A stretch of DNA of 61,616 bases, filler included, from Choristocarpus tenellus KU-1152 (GCA_964200185.2; 11 parts of 11 records of this genome joined end to end with filler, not necessarily neighbours in it), one strand, 5' to 3'. Shown: positions 36,710 through 50,003, counted from the whole stretch's first letter. Notes: generated from the sequence alone by a model not told the origin. Numbers and translations: made by a program.

Positions 36710-36904
36710 CCCACAAGAAGTAACACCTTTTCAAATAAGATAAACATGGATTGATGACACAATGCAAACAAATAGAGCCCTCATTGACGGTGTACTCCGC
36801 CTGTCCAAGGTGACAGAATGCTTGTCCATGTTGAACTGCATCTTCCCTCTAACTGAAACACCCCCTCAACTTGCCAACCGCCTTGGCGGCGTACAAGCGC
36901 CAAG

Positions 36905-39900
36905 ATGAGGCTCACGCTATGCTTAGCGTTGGGGCTGGTAGAACTGGCAGCTGGATTCAGCTACTCATCCCACGGTTGCCGCAACACTCTGTCAAGGGAC
37001 ACCCCACCTCGCTTAGGTCATGTCGGGTATTCTTCAGCTTACAGGGAGTTGTTGCAGGCAGCTAGGACCGAACCGAGGAGATGCATAGAGGAGAATGATG
37101 GGACACAACCAGAGGTGCGGGGGACTAACCAATTCGGGGTGGTTGGAGAGCTTGGGAGAACGGTGGTGTCAGCATTCTTGACCCTGGCAATTATCGGCTC
37201 AACCTCCGTGACCCCTCAACCTGCAGCTGCAGTCGTAGACGACGAGGTGTACGTACAGCTTGAAAGGCGGCTACAGGTGGAAGAAGTGAAAACGATATAC
37301 AAGAAGAGCGAAGGGGTGGGAGGGTCCGTGGCAACAAGCTCTTCTCCTCAACAAGCTCAAGTTTTTCCCTTGGATAATGTAGGAAGCAAGCAGAAACCTC
37401 CCCGCCAACGCCGAGAGCGACCGGAAATCCCCGCCGGTCGCATAACCATAGTCCAGCTCTTTTCCAGAATAAACATTTTCCAAAGTGCCCCTACCCCAGT
37501 TTGGGAAAAGCTCCCTAGCAGAAGGAAACCCCCATCGCAGGAGGATTTGCCACCTTCAGTTAAGAGGGCACTTAGTGGCTCCCTCTCCGATGCCATTACG
37601 GGTAGGGAACCAGGACAGCGACCTTCCGGAGCCGACGGCCTCCCGATGAGGTTCGCAAGTAAGCCACCGGTATCCATTATTCCCATTGTGAAGGTGAGCG
37701 ACCCGCCAGACTGGGTTCATGGTTCTTGGTCAAGTGTTGGCAATATCCCCCTGTCCCTAGCTATTGCATAGACAACTCTGGTGTGGAGCAACCCCATCTG
37801 TGGGGTTCCGGTATGTAGATCAACTGAACTGTACCTACAAAGAAAGCACCTATCATTCTAGATCAAGGTGCTGATGTGTGAGTTGGTCACAGCTTTTTAG
37901 ATGTGGCTCACAAGAGCAAATGGTGGATGGTGTGCTGCTATATTTTGACGCAATACATTTCTGCTTCTAATGATACAACTGCTTCTGTGCAATCTTGCTC
38001 ACCCTATGGAATCTATTTCCAAGATAGAGCATCAATAGAGTTCCCAATACTTCCTCGTTAGTTCTGCTCATGTACGTATTTGAACACTGTGGGCAAAGAT
38101 GCTCTAGATGACGCTTCATATTTGTTCATTCAAATCACACTTCATCTTCAAAATCCTCTAGATGACTCATTGTTGCACTGTGTGCATTCAAGTGATGACC
38201 TTCTCCGTCATCAACTGTAGTATGTTCAGCCTGGTTTTTACCAACCAGTCGCTCCCTTTCCTGCTTTAGACATTACAACTTTCTTACTTGCATTTACATC
38301 CTTCCCGCACAACACCTAAAGATGCCTGTGAAGACCCAACCACGTGTGGAAAAGACAATAAAAATACAGTTGCCAGCGGTGAGGGCTATTAATATGCCAC
38401 GGGTGAACCCCCTTCCAAGAGTCACCCACCCCACAGTGAATGTGAAGCCTCAAAAGAGTGACACTGCAGTCCCTGCTCCAGTAGTAGACCTAAAGGCAGA
38501 GCTCCGCAGTGAGGTAGCCAAGACCCTTCCTTCAGATGAAAACAGGGGACCAAACTCCGGGCTAGAGGGTGGGGATGTTTTACAGTCGAAGAAGGGCTCT
38601 AGGGGAAGGGAGGAAACTGAGGCTTTGATCCCTGCAAAGATTGATTTGGATATGTCATTGCCTAGTGTGGATATTTCTGGAGCGTCAAAGAAGCTGGGGG
38701 AAGCAACAGTGGAGGTAATGATGCAATAACATCTACTTCATGAAAGCTTTTTTGAAGTCCATCTCTTTGTACAATAGTTTGCACCTAAAACTGTCCCTAG
38801 TGTGAAGTAAGGTAGTTTGCACTAGCAATTACAGTATGTTTTGCCACATTACAGGAACATCTTGAAGTGGTCCCCCTGGTGATGTAGCACTCAAGATTGT
38901 TTAAGGATTAGGAATGAGTTGTTGCCAGTGGTGCTCTTGAAGAATGGGCTGTTGCTATATTGTTAGTGCCTGGCATCACAAGCCGGGGGTGCTATGTCAT
39001 GTTGTGCATTTGTGTAGCCTGCATGTATGTCAGCATGTGGTGACAGTTAATGCATGTGATGCCATGCTATGACTAAATTGTTTCCCCTTCATGTTCAAGA
39101 TCAACTCCCCATTCACAGTGGCTATAATGGGATAGCAAGGATTATGTACGCCGTATCTCTCCCTCTGGAATGTTAATCTCCTCAAACTAACCACCCTTGT
39201 TGGTCTCATGCACACCATAAATACAACCTGCTGTTTCCACAGGTGCAAGGCATGATGGACAAGACCAGGGGAAACTTGGCAACTGTGTACTCCAATCTGG
39301 CAGAGCAGGTGTGATGGGGCTGGATAATGGGTTGGTTGTAGTCTTGTCAATGCACACTTGTGTGTGAGAAGTAGTGCTGTGGTGTCCCTGAGGTGAAATG
39401 GTGCTTGAGATACAGGCAAGGAGGAAGCAGGAAGTCTTTTCAAGAAATATATATATTTCTTCAACTGTAGGATACGTAAGTGATTGGCATACACATAGTA
39501 CATCCATGTGTTTTTTGGTTGGATTCCACTGAAAGCAGTTGCTTCAAGTCTGTTCAATACGCCCAAAGTAAACTCGTACATGTAGCAAGTAGATTAGTAG
39601 ATTAGATTAGTAAGTAGATTAGCAAGTAGATTAGTAGATTAGTAGATTAGTAGATTAGATCAATGGGGTCAACGACCCCTCTCCGAGACGATAAGGCACG
39701 CTATACCCTTATCGTGCCGTGTGATACATCATATCCAAACATGTAAGATCTGCATGGAAATCGCCTCCACCCCCCTCCCTCCCCATTGACCATCCAGGGT
39801 CAAGGCACAGCACTGCGCTTGGAGGAAGAGACTCAGAAGCTGACCTCGAATGCCAATCAGGTGGCAGAGGTGGTGAAAGACCGAGGGTCTGACTTACAGG

Positions 39901-42393
39901 GAGCTGTGCGCGTGGCATCTGGTCGACTGTCAAAGGTGTCCCAGACAGCTGCTGCCACAGTGAAGGCATCAGTTGGGGGCTTGGCAGACAAGTTACCAAC
40001 CGTGCAAGCCAAACTCTCTGTGTTTTCATCAGAGGCAAGTCTTGATGGCGACTTCATGTGTGTATATATATATATATGTTTGTGTGTGTGTGGGGGGGGG
40101 GGCACGATCTCTTCTTGATGTTTGTGGTGTCGTTGATTGCATTCTGTGATTATTGGAGGGTTTTTCTTCTTTTTTTGTGCATTGAAGGACCAAAGTACTA
40201 TTGAGGACCTGACCAGTTCTGCCAGAGGGATTTTTTTGTGAGCAGCAACTCTTGCCGTGCTTTGGATTTCATAGAGGAGGCATGATTCTGGCTGTGGGGG
40301 AGGTCGAAGGTTCCTGGAGGGTTCTGATAAAGGGGGGGAGAGGGGGTTGGATACTTTAATGGACAAGGGGTTTTACCTTGTGGTTATGCAGGGCTACAGA
40401 ATTTTCCATGGTAACGTATACCAATGGGCTGTAAGAGTGAGATTGCTGTTGCAACATGGTCCCTTCATGAATTGGCGTTGAGTCAGCCTGCATTGACATG
40501 TTGGGCGATCCCATCTTGGGATCCATCCCCTTCAGCTGCTTCATCCAAGTTGTAACTTTGTTACACTGAAATCAACAACTCAACTACACTGAAATCAACA
40601 CTTCACAATCCCCCGTCACCCCACCATGCTCCCAGGTGTCAAAGTCCTCCTCCAGAGTGGTATCGAGTGTAGCAGAGAGAATCTCTGGAGTGTCTGGTAG
40701 TGTGGCAGAAAGCCTTCCAGCACAGATGGAACGCCTTTCGTCGCTAGCTAGTCAGGTCAAGAGGGCGGCAATGTCATCAACAGAACGTGTAACTGGGGGT
40801 GGTTCTGGCATGGGTAACCGCCTGGCTGCACTTGGTGGGAGTATCAGGGCCGTTCTCAACAGTAGTGGGGGAGGGGCTGGGAGAGGGCTTAGTGTTTCTA
40901 ATGAGGTTACAGATGCGGAGCTTGTTGCAGCAGCAGGAGTTGGGGCAGTGACAGTGGCTGTGGGGCTGGGGGTGAATGGAACGAAGGGCAGGAACGCTGG
41001 GGAGAATGAGCAGCTAGAGAGGCCACCGTTGCAACCGATTGGTCTGCGAAAGGGGCAGAGAGGTGGGGGGGAGGGGGGGATGGAAAGTGATCGGTAAGGA
41101 CTAGCTGTCGTTCTTGCTGTTGGATGGTTGCTGTGTGTGATAGGTGGAGCAAGGTTGAAGGGGGAAGGTGGAAATGCACGTGTGCTAGGTGGTGTACTCC
41201 TTTTTTTTATGTAGTTCTTGGGGGGGTATTGAGAAAATTAGGTAAAGAGACATCATTACTTTTCCCTTGAGGCTTTGCGTAGGGTTAGGGTTACCTTTGG
41301 GGGTTCAGTGTATTGTGTGTTGTTTGTTAATCTATTGATACTGCTGTGGGAGGAGAGAAGAGATTTTATTTATTTTTGGGGTGTTGTGGCATTGAATAGG
41401 AGGATTGGATCAGCAAGGGTAATTGATTTGTTGCAGTTACGGGTAAATGAGGTTTATCTAGTCGCTGTGCTTTTGTTGTCTTTTAGGTGTATGATGATAA
41501 CTACACTCAATGCATACTTTTTCATCTGTAAATATTCCATGCAGCTTTCAACAATCTCTTACTATTGTAGTGTGTCATTTCAATTTCCACAAGATTTTTA
41601 TCGAGTCGTTTTAGTGCTTTGGCACAGGTTACACACACTTGCTGCTGCTTTGTGTGCTGCGGAGTGAGTCTCGAGCAAGAATGATGTTGCCTTTGGGGGA
41701 CAAGGGCTAGGGTTAATGTATCACTACACTACTAATGAATTGCACTCCGGTTGTGTAAGAGACATTCTTGTTTGGCTCTGTGGCATCCCAACATGCTCTG
41801 GGTGCCACATTGTTTATTGCTGTGCTTCGAAGTAGCTATGGAATCAATCCCGGATGTGTTCACATAGTACTGTTGTATTTCTGTATTGGTTTGGGGTCTC
41901 CATCTACAGCAAGTAGTGTATACTACTATTCACAGTATGGTGCCTTCTGGAGAACCGTCCCCTGTGAGCTCTAGACCATACAAACCTTTACGGTCTTGTC
42001 ATTGCTTAGGTCTGCATCACCTCTTTATATCATGGCACCCATAGACTACCAACCCATTAAGAGTGTTCTCAACAAGCACCACAGAAAGGAGACCTTTTAG
42101 CAAGAAAACCCCTGTGTCCAACATTCACACTTTGATTGCCAATTTTGTTTTGTTTTTGCAACTCTGCTCAGTAAAGGTGGGTGTACCTCCACCGACTCTT
42201 TAGATAACACCATCCCTTTACTCCTACTGGCTCTATTTTGATACCTCTTTTTGTCCCTTTCTCGCGTTTCATTTGCACGCACTCAGCAGATGTACCCAAA
42301 GAAATAGATGCAATATCGGCAACTTCGTCGTTGTGGGGAATGATAAGAGACAGTGGAACAGAGGCTGGTGATGCTGTACGAGGAGTTGCCCAG
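36905..42393 (+). CDS. Unknown protein with predicted bipartite plastid presequence and probable thylakoid signal; helical-repeat region (3' partial)
   Basis: ATG 36905 gives MRLTLCLALGLVELAAG|FS (signal peptide then Phe), later VVSAFLTLAIIGSTSVTPQPAAA|VVDD. Exons 36905-37693, 38322-38714, 39243-39308, 39798-40034 (GC donor), 40636-~41060 and ~42288-42393. Confidence 0.7.
39587..39660. repeat. (AGTAGATT)-type simple repeat
   Basis: Direct reading. Confidence 0.9.
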
Positions 42394-42638
42394 GTGAGAA
42401 CAGAGACTATCTCACATCGAGACTATCTCACATCCCGGAGGTTGTGCCTTGAAACGATCTCTCACATCATGTTCCCATAACTACTTCTCCCTCCTCCCCA
42501 ACGACTATTTCCTATGTCAACAAATGGCTCCTGTGGTTGCAATGTGTTGAAGTAGAAATTTCATGAGTGGTTGTGCCCGCTTTGGCACAGGAGGTGTATG
42601 GGGTAACGTCAGGGGGGGGGGGGGGGGGGGGAGGGGGG

Positions 42639-42738
42639 NNNNNNNNNNNNNNNNNNNNNNNNNNNNNNNNNNNNNNNNNNNNTTAATTAATTAANNNNNN
42701 NNNNNNNNNNNNNNNNNNNNNNNNNNNNNNNNNNNNNN
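42639..42738. other. Artificial contig linker
   Basis: N44-TTAATTAATTAA-N44. Confidence 0.98.
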
Positions 42739-43014
42739 GTGCGACCAAATCACCAAAAAGTGAAAATCGAAAAAAGGGTGAAAAACGGACGCCGACACCC
42801 CCCCCCAGATACATTGTGACCCTCATACCGTCTAGGGTGTGTCAATGATACTACCACCAGTGATCGGGCCAACCAGCCAGTCAGCCACAACAATATTTTT
42901 GAGGGATCCCTGTAGTCAGACGTATGTACAGTGTATGCACAAGATGCAAACGGCCCTTCTGTCCTCCCCCCAAAGCAGTCCTCGAGTGATTAAAAAAGCT
43001 CTGCTCCGCCTCCA

Positions 43015-43180
43015 GGCTCAAAGCATCTGGGGAGGGGGAGGTGGCGGCTGTCCATTCAGGGCCCATTTGGGTGAATTTGGTTGCATGCGTCAGATGGGTA
43101 TTGTAAGTTAACTTCTCCAGGTCAGAGCTCAAATGAATACCCTGGTGTAGACCCTCCCCCTCCCTCAGATACTTTGAATC
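43015..43180. mobile_element. MITE family A copy (a further half copy at 42739-42821)
   Basis: GGCTCAAAGCATCTGGGG ... CCCTCAGATACTTTGAATC. Confidence 0.85.
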
Positions 43181-43363
43181 TCCATTAATTCAAAGCACAT
43201 TATAATATGGATTGTTAAAACACCATTTGTTTACTTGTAGACGGAGAACAGCAGCAGTCGCAGCCACATTGTTATCCACCAAAGGGATTGTGTACTAGTA
43301 CATCCTGATCTTGACAAGATGCATTGATTCAGGAATCGTTTGTTGCACTACTATTAAAATATG

Positions 43364-43621
43364 GAGTGAAAGTATCTTGGAGGGTATGAGTTTTGCCCTG
43401 TTTGTCCATTTGGGGCTTGGCTTCCCACGTTTTTTCTAATGACATTTTCCTACTCCAAAATGTTTCGGAGTAGGTAAAATGCATACGTTATGAAATGGTG
43501 TGTCTGGAACAAGGATATTGACACTTCCTAACAAAAATGACAGCCAAAATTACATAAAAATCACAACATTGGAATTTGACCCCATATGGACGCGGCTCTA
43601 CCCTCTAAGATACTTTTACTC
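43364..43621. mobile_element. MITE family B copy
   Basis: GAGTGAAAGTATCTTGGAGGGTA ... TACCCTCTAAGATACTTTTACTC (inverted termini). Confidence 0.87.
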
Positions 43622-44299
43622 TATAGGTAATTGTACTGCCTTGCGTGTGCGTACCTTTTTCTTGCACATTGGGTGCATACAACCATTTATCGCTCAGCCT
43701 TTATCCAAGTGAGGGTGCCACTCTGTGATGAAGCCTTGTCACCATGTTCCAGGCTTTTGTGTATGTGGTCTAGGGATACAGACAACATAAAGCTGCAAAT
43801 GCGCAGTCCGTGGTGTTCGTCATGGAGCCAAAGCAGTTGAGAGGTGATCAGGTTTGGAACCTTTTTTCATTCCAAATAATCTTTCTTTTATACCCTGCAA
43901 TACACCCTATTTCATTGCTGCTTTAAGTGCACAATAGTGTGCGCAAAATTGATACTCCCCCTTTCCACAAACACAAAGTGAGACCACAATTCGTCAAAGG
44001 CTCTTTTCACAATTGTACAAAATGACAACTTCCTGCCCTTTAAAGGAATCCTTAGAATACTTTCCTGTCCAGTTCTTAGCTGGTTTGATATTGAAACGTC
44101 TCATCAGGTTCATCAGGTTCTAGGAAGGTTTGTCCCACACACTTTCAGAAATATGTATGGGTTTATAAATCTCTGGGGTCCACAAATAAAGGAGTTAACT
44201 CCTACATCTTCGACTTGTGAGGGTGTGCCCCAACATGCATAAATCAGGTTTTGAGAGGGCGCCCATTAATTGTCAGATTTTTTTTATAAACCACAAATC

Positions 44300-44870
44300 G
44301 GATTTTGATTTGTCCGAAGTATGGTCATATTGGAAGGATACGCCTTAAAGAGGACAGACATGCTTGCAAGGCTGGTCAGAACCCCATTTGTGATGAAGTT
44401 ACCAAGAAAAGGCCACCTCAATTATTGTACTTCAGCCCGAGGAGTGAATGGCCCGACCAGCCAACTTTCAAGAAGAGCTTTTATACTATTCTTGTACACT
44501 TCCTACTGCTCCTGATGGACAACTGTCCTGGGCATAATGAGGTGATTAATACGAAGGGGTATAGGTCTCAGTGACGGAGTTCCTGCTTAACTGCACCACT
44601 AACACCAGACAATCGACCAGGGGGTCATTGCTGTGAATATGGCATATTAAAGGTGGAGTTGCTGTGTATCCGGGTGTCAACGATGCTCATGGCTGCTCCT
44701 CGACTACAGCAGCAGATACATGACAGAAGAATGTTTTTAGGGGGTGGCTGGACTGAGGGAGGGCAATAACGCTCACATACTGGAGACTTGAGAAGTGGTT
44801 TTCAGAGCTGGGATAGGTTCAAGGAGGACTCCACCACCAGTTAAACATAAAGCTATCTCCTCCCAATGTC
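44300..44870 (+). pseudogene. Decayed pogo/Tigger-type (Tc1/mariner superfamily) DDE transposase
   Basis: Frameshifted fragments LLLLMDNCPGH (~44500-44535), TNT.. and IDQGVIAV (~44610-44635) match the pogo motifs LLxxDNxxxH, PPNTT and QPxDQGVI in the expected order. Confidence 0.7.
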
Positions 44871-45846
44871 CTCACCACCCCCACAACACATTAATTTCCC
44901 TGGATTGTGCTTCCACCATCCGGTTTCACAATGATAGATCTGTATTTCCACAGACCACCTCCTGGCCCTAGATTATTGGTGCGGGCTGAAGGTGAGTATG
45001 CTCAATGCCCCAAAGCAAGCAGAGTTTGCTGCAGTTGTAGCTCATGGTCGACGTCATCATTTTCATGTGACCCAAATGTCCATGAACTCACATATCTATT
45101 ACAGAAACTGAGTGTGGGTGTCTGATAAGGAGAGGAGGGAGAGGGAGCCTGTGAGCTTGCCTTGGGGAAGGCTTTGGAAGAACCTTGAGATCAAGGCTGA
45201 TGAGTTTCCAACCAACAACTGCATCACTAGGGCTCAGGAATGGCTATAACAAGAAGAAGAGCAGGAGGACGTAGTCGATGCCTTGGCCCAGGACCTCAGG
45301 AACGAGGTAGTGGAAGTAGTTTGTCATACAAGCACTGCAAACAAGGCTGATGAGGAAGGGGGCGATCGGACCTGCACTTTCCTGCCCGAGGAGGAAAGAA
45401 TGAGATTCTTGATTGCTTTGCTTTGAGATCTTCGATACAGACATATACAAGACTGCTCTTTGACTGAAGAGTTTTGTAACATGTGGTTCTGTTCTCTGAA
45501 CAAATAATAATTCGAGGGACACAATGTCATACCTGAATGAATAATGAAATAATAAACATGTGGGCCACCCTTGTGTTCAAAATGTTGATTTTTAAAACTT
45601 CCACAAGCCTCTTTTAAAACTTTCCACTTTACGACATGTCAGGCTCCAAATGGCGAAACTCCCCTTAACGTGTGCATTTTCGCCAATATGAGGTGGATCA
45701 GTCAATAAGATGACCTATTTTGGGTTAGTACAGGGTTGCCTTAAATCGGCCGGCCGGCTGTATTACTTCTATGGGAGCCATTAGAATTAATTTCCTACAT
45801 CAGATTTGGATAATACTCTTCTCGTTGCATCATTGATCAATCGGCC

Positions 45847-45897
45847 TAACCCTAGCTCTAGCCCTAGCCCTAGCCCTAACCCTAACCCTAACCCTAA
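45847..45897. repeat. Interstitial telomere-like (CCCTAA/CCCTAG)n
   Basis: About 8 hexamers; shorter tracts at 6112-6130, 54125-54150 and 55927-55943. Confidence 0.85.
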
Positions 45898-46370
45898 TGC
45901 TCGGAAATGTATGACTAATCCATCCAATTAATCCAAAAAGCGTTGGCAAGGGTAAGGCCCCAAGTCCAACGTTGTAAGATTGACCCAGGCATAAATGACC
46001 ATCAAGCGAAACCTCACCAAATATAGCAGCTGGTAAACCCTGAGGTTTGCTTTCAGTTGTACTGTAGTCAGTGCTGATTACCTTCTCGGTAACTCAGGGA
46101 TTACTAAAGATAAAAACATAATCGATCTGTCATCAATTCAATCTCCCTCATTCCCTCATTCTTTACCTATTGCTTCAATACCAACGGAAAGAAATATATT
46201 ACATATATTTCACCATCAGTAACTAGGCCTTTATCACCCACTCACCGAGGTACTCTGTACTTCATGAGGGGTCTGTTTGATATTCACTCCCTCACTGCCA
46301 AATCCGCTCCATAGCTACCTCTGCTATCCTTCCCTCCAATGAAGGACACCCCATATTTGGTCTCAGAAAG

Positions 46371-46629
46371 TTGAAGGTTATCTTAGAGGGTAGAACCGCG
46401 TCTGTTTGGAGGCCAAAATCCAATATTGCGATTTGGATGTAATTTTGGTTATCGTGTTCGTTAGGAAGTGCCAATATCCTTGTTTTGGACACATCTTTTT
46501 CTTAAAGTATACATTTTACCTACTCCGAAACATTTCGGAGCAGGAAAACGTAATAAAGAAACTCGTGGGAAGCCAAGCCCCAAACAGACAACCAGGGCAA
46601 AACACGTATCCTCTAAGATGCTTTCACTG
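46371..46629. mobile_element. MITE family B copy (opposite orientation)
   Basis: TATCTTAGAGGGTAGAACCGCG ... CCTCTAAGATGCTTTCACTG. Confidence 0.85.
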
Positions 46630-47050
46630 GTTAGAAAACACATTTTCACCTGTTCTCTTGGAGTCCAGTTGCATTGCATCCGCAAGCCCGAGGCCATTGC
46701 ACAAATATTGCTGCATGGGCCAGTCTGCTTCTTCTCGCTATTCACATCCATGGTTCCAAGTGGGCAAAGTCAGCTCTTTCTTTCGCAATCTCCGGCACCT
46801 GGAGACAAATTGTGTGTGACATGCGGCTTAGTCCTGTTATAGGCGAATAGCTCGAGCATTTCTTCTAATGTTTTAGCAAACATGAACATTTGTGACAGGC
46901 GAATAGTGCGAGTATTGCTTCTCGCGTTCTAACAAGTGCGAAAAATATACGAGATAGTAACACATAGGTAGCCTTACAGAATAAATGCTGATTTCGTAGA
47001 AGATACAGAGTAAGATTCGTAATGCATACGTAAGACCCAAAGTATCTGTG

Positions 47051-47150
47051 NNNNNNNNNNNNNNNNNNNNNNNNNNNNNNNNNNNNNNNNNNNNTTAATT
47101 AATTAANNNNNNNNNNNNNNNNNNNNNNNNNNNNNNNNNNNNNNNNNNNN
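47051..47150. other. Artificial contig linker
   Basis: N44-TTAATTAATTAA-N44. Confidence 0.98.
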
Positions 47151-47499
47151 TGTAGGCGTTTCACCATTGGAGTGTGCTGTCGTACCTGTCCCCCTGCCCT
47201 GGGGCAGGTATGGGCATGTCTGGTATCAACATTTTGCCTCCCCTGCACCCTGCCACTGGACATCTGTTGGATAGGGCCTCCTCCCGCCCTAGAGATCTGC
47301 TGACTGCAGCTTGAATTCCAGAGGGGGGATCTGGCATGCTGGTTCCAGAGGTTGAGTTGAGCCCCACATGTTTGCCCCTTGTCCACACTGGCTTCGGTGG
47401 CGCACTAGGGGCAATGAGGAACTTTTCCTCCCTTGATGTGCTTCACTAGGCAGGCCAGCCAGTTGTGTCCTGAAGGAGTCGGAACAGATCCTGTTCAGG

Positions 47500-49560
47500 A
47501 GGCGTGTGGCAATATCGAAAAAAGGGAAGATTTCTGGACATCTTTTTAACGTCTTTTGCAGACTTTCTGTGAGCACACACGCGGGTGACTCACATAGCAA
47601 CATAAACCATGACGGTGAGACAAGGAGAGCCGTCGAGGTCACTCTGCCCCCTGGATCTACTCTCGGCACCTTCTCTGTTGAAAGGCGACGGAAAAGCAAG
47701 TATCATGTGACACTCAGTGCAATGTTAAGTGATGAGAAAGTGCGAGTAGTGTGGTGCAGCAGCATAATCATACCGCGAAATGGATCATGGGGCCGCAACG
47801 CTGACGCTGAGAGAAGATTCATTGAAAGCATTACCACACAAACGTGGTTGGGTCTTCAACCTTGCTGGAGCACTGCTCTGCAGTCTCTGCTGCCTCGGAA
47901 AAGCAGGAAGAGAATGGCGAGTCCATCACCAGGTGGTACAGTGACGAAGTCTGTGGGTAAGCCTGGTCACGGTGGGCGAAGGGAGAATCGGGGTGGCTGC
48001 CCAAAGGGAAGGTTGGGGAAGAGAGCAGTGCAACTGTGTGCCATTGCGCTCAGGAAGCGCCTAAGCGAAAACCCGCGTGTAGAATATCTCAGTAGTCGAC
48101 AGTTGTAGCAGGTCCTGGCTGTTTGGAAGCTATGCGAGCCGGAGTGGCTTAAGGAAACGAGAGAGAAGGTGTTAGCGTTGGGCTACAAGGCCTCTAAAGC
48201 CTGAAAGAAGGTCGAAAGGACTCGCGAGGTGGAGGAGAAAGCGAGCGTCGCAACAAAAGCAATTGTGGAGACTTTTCGATACCACCAAATACTTGAGTTA
48301 GAACAGGTCGTGAAGCAGTTGGAGGTAGCCATCGACGAGGACACCAGGGAAGAAGAGGAAGTGAGATTGAGACTATTTGCACACCAATGGTTTGGTGTCT
48401 CCCACTTCTTCCAAGGTTCCGTACATTCTCTTTTGTTCCTCGACTTAGGGTTGGACGTATAATGTTGATTGAGGCTTTCTCCCAGCCTGCCTTCATCTGA
48501 GAAATCAACACAATTTTAGATCAACTCAAGCCTGTCCTCCCTTGCCCTTGCGCCTGGATAAAATATCATGCACCCAGGAAACACGAACGACGCCCATTTC
48601 CGGCGCTCGACGAGGAAATGTGATAGTAAAGGCTCTAAAACTGCGAATTCCTGTAATAGTGTATGAATGACGGGAAAGACTGTCAAACGGCGTTCGAGAT
48701 GGCAGCAGGATATGCGATGGTCAGGTCGGAAACTGAGTAAACGGGAGAGAGACTTCCAAACTAAGGCCACATCAAGGTGTCAGAGCAAGGGCACTACGAG
48801 AGGCGTTTTGTTCTGGGCGTCGACGAGGACATCCTTGCCGAGGTCAAAGAGTGGGTACGCGAACACACAGGAAGAAAGGGTGGGGAGTTTTTTTTTCCCA
48901 CCTAAACGCTATACTTTAATCAAGTAATAGTGCATATGCTCCCACTCTTGGTGACCTACAAGGCAGGGTTTGAACCCCAATATGAGCGCTCTTTCTTCAA
49001 AAAGCAAAAATGGAGAATAAAAAACGAAGCCCCTGCTCTGGAGGGCCTTGTGACAGGCATCACGATTGTGCTTTTCTTTTTTTAATCCTCAAAACTTATG
49101 ACGGGACAACCCCAGAGGGCGAAGCTACTGGTCCACTATATTGCTCGTATTCAAGTAGTCAACAGGTTTACGGATGAAGGCCACCTGGATGTTGCGCTTA
49201 CGGAAGTGCAAGTAGCCTCCCATCTGTCCCACTCATCCACCGTCAATATGATGTAGCTGCTGTTGCAGTGAGACACGAAAGCACACCCACTGCAAGGGTT
49301 CTTTTGATCCTCATAGTTTCAACCTCGACGCCTTCACAGTGAAAAGTTTTGGACGCCTCGCCAAGAAAGCACAAAGTTTTCTGGATTAATTAGCTACACA
49401 GGGGTAGGGGGGAGAGGGGCGGGAGGCTACAGCAGGAAAGGAGCGGTTAAATCCCGTTTAAGACAGGTAGTGTCTATCACTACACAAGTGACTCTCTCGA
49501 GACATGCCATGCGTTTCAAGCTGGAGACACCAGGGAGATAGGTAAGGAGGGTTCTGTCAG
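47500..49560 (+). mobile_element. Decayed non-LTR retrotransposon with C-terminal restriction-like endonuclease region (CRE/R2-type architecture)
   Basis: Intronless, stop- and frameshift-riddled coding-like tract. The 3' part reads HLDVALTEVQ...SFDPHSFNLDAFTVKSFGRLAKKAQSFLD*LA...RKGAVKSRLRQVVSITTQVTLSRHAMRFKL, resembling the RLE C-terminus (...D..., ESFGRLG, ISVTTQVA) of algal CRE-like elements. RT motifs are too eroded to read with confidence. Confidence 0.6.
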
Positions 49561-49903
49561 ATTCTTGGGATGCTTCCCTAGCTCCTCGCCCTGTGGTGTA
49601 GGGCTAAGCTAGGTTGGAGGCATATGAGAGAAGTGGTGTAGTATAGCCAGTAGTCAAATAATAAACAGACTATAGAAAAACATATTTCACATTTACGACA
49701 ACTGTTACTTTTACAGGAGTTATCATGATCTTGAATTAGCTATAACCCTGACACATCTAGAAAATGTCAGCAGGCATGATAATAAATAATAGTAGTGAAC
49801 AGGTATTAAGGGGATATCTTTTATATAATATTTGTATCATTAGCATTATCTAGACGAGTCATGCGTTTTAAGCTAGAGTCGCCAGAGAGATGGGCAAGGA
49901 GGG

Positions 49904-50003
49904 NNNNNNNNNNNNNNNNNNNNNNNNNNNNNNNNNNNNNNNNNNNNTTAATTAATTAANNNNNNNNNNNNNNNNNNNNNNNNNNNNNNNNNNNNNNNNN
50001 NNN
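49904..50003. other. Artificial contig linker
   Basis: N44-TTAATTAATTAA-N44. Confidence 0.98.

Noticed and set aside
45847-45897. True chromosome end
   Set aside because: Short, degenerate and internal to the contig.
46406-46842. ORFs of 137 and 124 aa (similar ones at 31190-31709 and 43500-43712)
   Set aside because: Chance frames through non-coding MITE family B copies.
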